A stretch of 62,572 nucleotides of DNA from a virus. The stretch spans positions 1-62,572 of IMG/VR virus record IMGVR_UViG_3300033565_000049; one strand, 5' to 3'. Positions 60,558-62,572 of this stretch are shown here, in pieces. The notes under the pieces were generated by a model. The model made no database searches, was not told where the DNA came from, and saw nothing but the letters and a program-made list of their open reading frames with translations. The number at the start of each line of letters is the position of its first letter. Within the stretch, counting starts at the first letter, position 1. Position numbers and translations under genes: made by a program.

Positions 60558-60797
60558 TTAAAACTGCGCTACTTTGAGAGTTTTGTTTTCGATAAATACC
60601 TTTTCGAGTTCTGGATGATCGACAAGGTATTTATTGATTTCATCAGCTTCGTTCTGAGCTTCGAGTTCTGTTTTAAAATTGACTAAATGTTTGTCTTTTG
60701 CGACAAAAATTGTACGACGATTATTGACCATGATTTTAACACCAAAAAGCAATTCTGGTGAATTAAAATCTAATACTTTCATTGTTTTTGCTTTCAT
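60558..60797 (-). CDS. hypothetical protein (cassette-like ORF)
   Basis: 79-aa ORF flanked by elements c2 and c1. Confidence 0.55.
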   Translation of the reverse strand: MKAKTMKVLDFNSPELLFGVKIMVNNRRTIFVAKDKHLVNFKTELEAQNEADEINKYLVDHPELEKVFIENKTLKVAQF

Positions 60798-60845
60798 AAT
60801 AATTTGATTTATTAATAGTTAATTAATGATTGATTCTAAAATACA

Positions 60846-60977
60846 GCCTACAACTTCAGCTACCCGTCAAGTGCGGCAGCGGTGGTTTTCGGTGTGCATC
60901 TTTCCGCTCAAACTGCTTTTCGGCTTGACAGGAAATCGCCCGCAGTCCGCCCCTGCGTGTAGCTTCCTACGTTAGGC
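60846..60977 (-). repeat. attC-like structured element c2
   Basis: Minus sense: GCCTAAC..AGCTACACGCAGGGGCGG...AAACCAC...CCGCACTTGACGGGTAGCT..GTTgtAGGC. Starts 7 nt after the stop of 60984..61370. Confidence 0.6.
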
Positions 60978-60983
60978 TTCATG

Positions 60984-61370
60984 CTAAAGAGACGGCACAA
61001 CTTTGAACATTCCTTTTTCGTTCTGAGTTGTTAAAACCTCAAAATAAGCGGCTTTCTCTTTTTCTATTTTAAAGAAGTCAATAAAATAGTTCATGAGTTC
61101 TTTACTTGTAAATCGGTAATATTCTCGCCCTGCATTGCCTAAATAGTAGCTATCCTCTTCGGGTTCTTCCTTGTATATGTATGCACAATTATCTTTGCGA
61201 CTAAATGCAAACATTACGGCATCTCTTTGAGTAGCATTAAGTAGTTCCGCTACTTTTTTAAATACTACAAATGTACCTCGTGGCATTTCGATTTTAATGT
61301 GTGGCTTTTCGTGGCTCTTCCATTGTCCTGTCGTAGCCCTTTGCCTTCTAAATATTAATAAATCTTCCAT
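60984..61370 (-). CDS. hypothetical protein (cassette-like ORF)
   Basis: Start set at MEDLLIFRRQ (61370). The 5' extension of the track ORF runs into element c2b. Confidence 0.5.
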   Translation of the reverse strand: MEDLLIFRRQRATTGQWKSHEKPHIKIEMPRGTFVVFKKVAELLNATQRDAVMFAFSRKDNCAYIYKEEPEEDSYYLGNAGREYYRFTSKELMNYFIDFFKIEKEKAAYFEVLTTQNEKGMFKVVPSL

Positions 61371-61417
61371 TTTATGATATGTTTTTAAATTGTTTAATGA
61401 GATAAAAAAGCACGAAA

Positions 61418-61549
61418 GCCTAACACAACCTATAACCAATAAAGGTTTTAGTGGGTAATCCAACGTTGTATCTCGCATCCAGTTTAGTGTATTTTGACAG
61501 TTTTTCGCCCCCGTAATCCTTTACTGGTTATAGCTTCAACGTTATGGGT
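61418..61549 (-). repeat. attC-like structured element c2b (divergent sequence, similar size and fold)
   Basis: Imperfect long hairpin (CTATAACC/GGTTATAG, AGTAAAGG/CCTTTATT). The 3' end GGTTGTGTTAGGC carries a GTTAGGC core. Confidence 0.4.
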
Positions 61550-61580
61550 AAGCATATTGCAGCCTACCCATTTGATAAGT

Positions 61581-61802
61581 TTACGCTGGTTCGAGATTGT
61601 CATCAAAGTATTTCTTTGAAACATACCATAAATCAGCATGGTTTTTTGGATTGCGCGCAACATACCCCAGCTTAAATTCTGAGTCTGGTAAACGTTTATC
61701 GGGTTCCGACACGCTAACAACGCCTTGACCTTGATTTTCAAACTCTAAAAGTGTAACCATTTCAGAAAAACCTTTTCTTTTGTACTGTTTAAATTCTAAC
61801 AT
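61581..61802 (-). CDS. hypothetical protein (cassette-like ORF)
   Basis: Start set at MLEFKQYKRKG (61802); 73 aa. Confidence 0.5.
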   Translation of the reverse strand: MLEFKQYKRKGFSEMVTLLEFENQGQGVVSVSEPDKRLPDSEFKLGYVARNPKNHADLWYVSKKYFDDNLEPA

Positions 61803-61849
61803 AATTGAAAAATTTAAGTGATTAATAACTATATAATTGACAACTAAAT

Positions 61850-61992
61850 GCCTAACCCATAACACCAGCTACCCGTCAAATGCGGCAGCAGTGGTTTCAA
61901 TCGGCATCTTTCCGCTCGATGTCCTTGTCCTACCGGACAGGACATCGCCCGAAATCCGCCTCTGCGTGTAGCTTCCGTGCGTTCGAATAGGT
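61850..61992 (-). repeat. attC-like structured element c3
   Basis: Minus sense: ACCTAttcgAAC..AGCTACACGCAGAGGCGG...AAACCAC...CCGCATTTGACGGGTAGCT..GTTAGGC. Confidence 0.6.
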
Positions 61993-62031
61993 ATAGTGTC
62001 GCGTTAAATCGTTGAATCAAATCTACAAACT

Positions 62032-62073
62032 ACATTTGAAACATTCGCACATATGTGCGAATGTTTCAAATGT
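62032..62073. repeat. perfect 42-bp palindrome (21-bp arms), probable strong bidirectional terminator
   Basis: ACATTTGAAACATTCGCACAT|ATGTGCGAATGTTTCAAATGT, 9 nt after the stop of 62083..62253. Confidence 0.85.
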
Positions 62074-62082
62074 TTTTCAGCA

Positions 62083-62253
62083 TCAACTGGCGATACTGCT
62101 AACAAATTGGTTGTACTCGAAGCTGATCAGCTCCTGATCGAGAAGTTCGGAAGCACCTTCGAAATAAATTGAATCGAGGTACTGGGTGAATTCGTCCCAG
62201 AGGTTCTGGCGGGTTTCGGATTCTGAAGAATGGGTCAATCGTATTGTTTTCAT
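62083..62253 (-). CDS. 56-aa hypothetical protein (below the track cutoff)
   Basis: Hand-translated as MKTIRLTHSSESETRQNLWDEFTQYLDSIYFEGASELLDQELISFEYNQFVSSIAS. Confidence 0.45.
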   Translation of the reverse strand: MKTIRLTHSSESETRQNLWDEFTQYLDSIYFEGASELLDQELISFEYNQFVSSIAS

Positions 62254-62282
62254 TTGTTCGATTTTTAAAATTGAGGTTTTAA

Positions 62283-62308
62283 AAAGTCCCCCGATTTCTC
62301 AGGGGGCA
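62283..62308 (-). terminator. intrinsic terminator after the wrap-around gene
   Basis: CCCCC-gatttctca-GGGGG, followed by a T-run in minus sense. Confidence 0.6.
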
Positions 62309-62315
62309 ATCTGTT

Positions 62316-62572
62316 TTAGTAGGGAAGATCATCTTCAACAGGTTCTTTCTTCGATTTCTTTTTGGCTGATTTTTTTTGCTGTTCAGGCTCCTTGTCTTTG
62401 GCTGGTTCGCTTTGTTCTTTGGTCTGGTAGTAACAAGTGTGGGTACGGTTGAATTTGTCGGGGCTTTTCATTTTAGCCACTTCAAACGTGATGTAGGTGA
62501 TTCCGTTTTTTACGAATGTTGTTTTCAGGGCGTCTTCCATTGGGATTACTACTTTCACGATGTCGAGATCGT
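62316..62572 (-). CDS. 3' part of the wrap-around CDS (see 1..174); ends ..KKEPVEDDLPY
   Basis: The ORF is open to the window end, and the sequence 62446..62572 equals 1..127. Confidence 0.6.
   Translation of the reverse strand, partial: DLDIVKVVIPMEDALKTTFVKNGITYITFEVAKMKSPDKFNRTHTCYYQTKEQSEPAKDKEPEQQKKSAKKKSKKEPVEDDLPY
62446..62572. repeat. 127-bp terminal direct repeat (copy of 1..127)
   Basis: Identical to the window start. Confidence 0.95.

Noticed and set aside
61484-61741. 85-aa ORF overlapping 61581..61802 in another frame, and the N-terminal extension of 60984..61478
   Set aside because: Both run through structured element c2b. The shorter in-frame starts give compact genes with normal spacing.
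60413-61992. Known riboswitch, tRNA-like or retron msr/msd identity for the three-copy structured element
   Set aside because: I recognised no riboswitch core motifs and found no cloverleaf. The absence of any reverse transcriptase gene argues against a retron.
1-62572. Alternative genetic code (stop-codon reassignment) in the late genes, as seen in some Bacteroidota phages
   Set aside because: All long structural genes are intact ORFs under the standard code.

Overview
The window is a complete, circularly closed genome of about 62.4 kb: the first 127 bp are identical to the last 127 bp, and one CDS runs across the junction. It looks like a temperate tailed phage of a Bacteroidota host. Support for that host: -33/-7 TAnnTTTG-type promoters, no Shine-Dalgarno sequences, a Bacteroidota-type tyrosine integrase, and DUF4468-like and BspA-LRR proteins. 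About 95% of genes are on the minus strand. In minus-sense order the modules are as follows. (1) A lysogeny switch (int, cI-like, cro-like, LuxR-type) and an initiator-like tRNA-Met(CAU). (2) Small early and nucleotide-metabolism genes (HD hydrolase, DUF5131/Gp37-Gp68, ASCH-like). (3) Replication genes: DnaB, a VirE-like P-loop protein and an iteron-type candidate ori. (4) A 665-aa C5 DNA methyltransferase with reiterated TRD-like modules. (5) A head module (S49 protease-scaffold, major capsid), a Stealth-like phosphotransferase, a PLD-like nuclease, and TerS-like and TerL genes. (6) Two ORF-poor, hairpin-rich regions. (7) A block of small ORFs separated by 130-145-nt structured repeats with attC-like ends, next to an internally deleted IntI/Xer-type recombinase. 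(8) RadC plus a degenerate N6-MTase-like protein, two glycosyltransferases, portal and connector genes. (9) A P22 immI-like Ant/RHH insertion, then tape measure, baseplate and fibre genes (including an SGNH-esterase/beta-helix depolymerase). (10) A lysis cassette (GH108 endolysin, holin). The non-coding DNA is unusually rich in repeat families. These are a nine-member TGTCCTTT-N19-TAnnTTTG promoter family, REP-like CTTCGAC/GTCGAAG hairpins, a three-copy ~170-nt leader element, an 18-nt start-associated motif, and the attC-like elements. The attC-like elements are my top candidate for an undescribed system. All protein functions are inferred from motifs read by eye; no database search was run.
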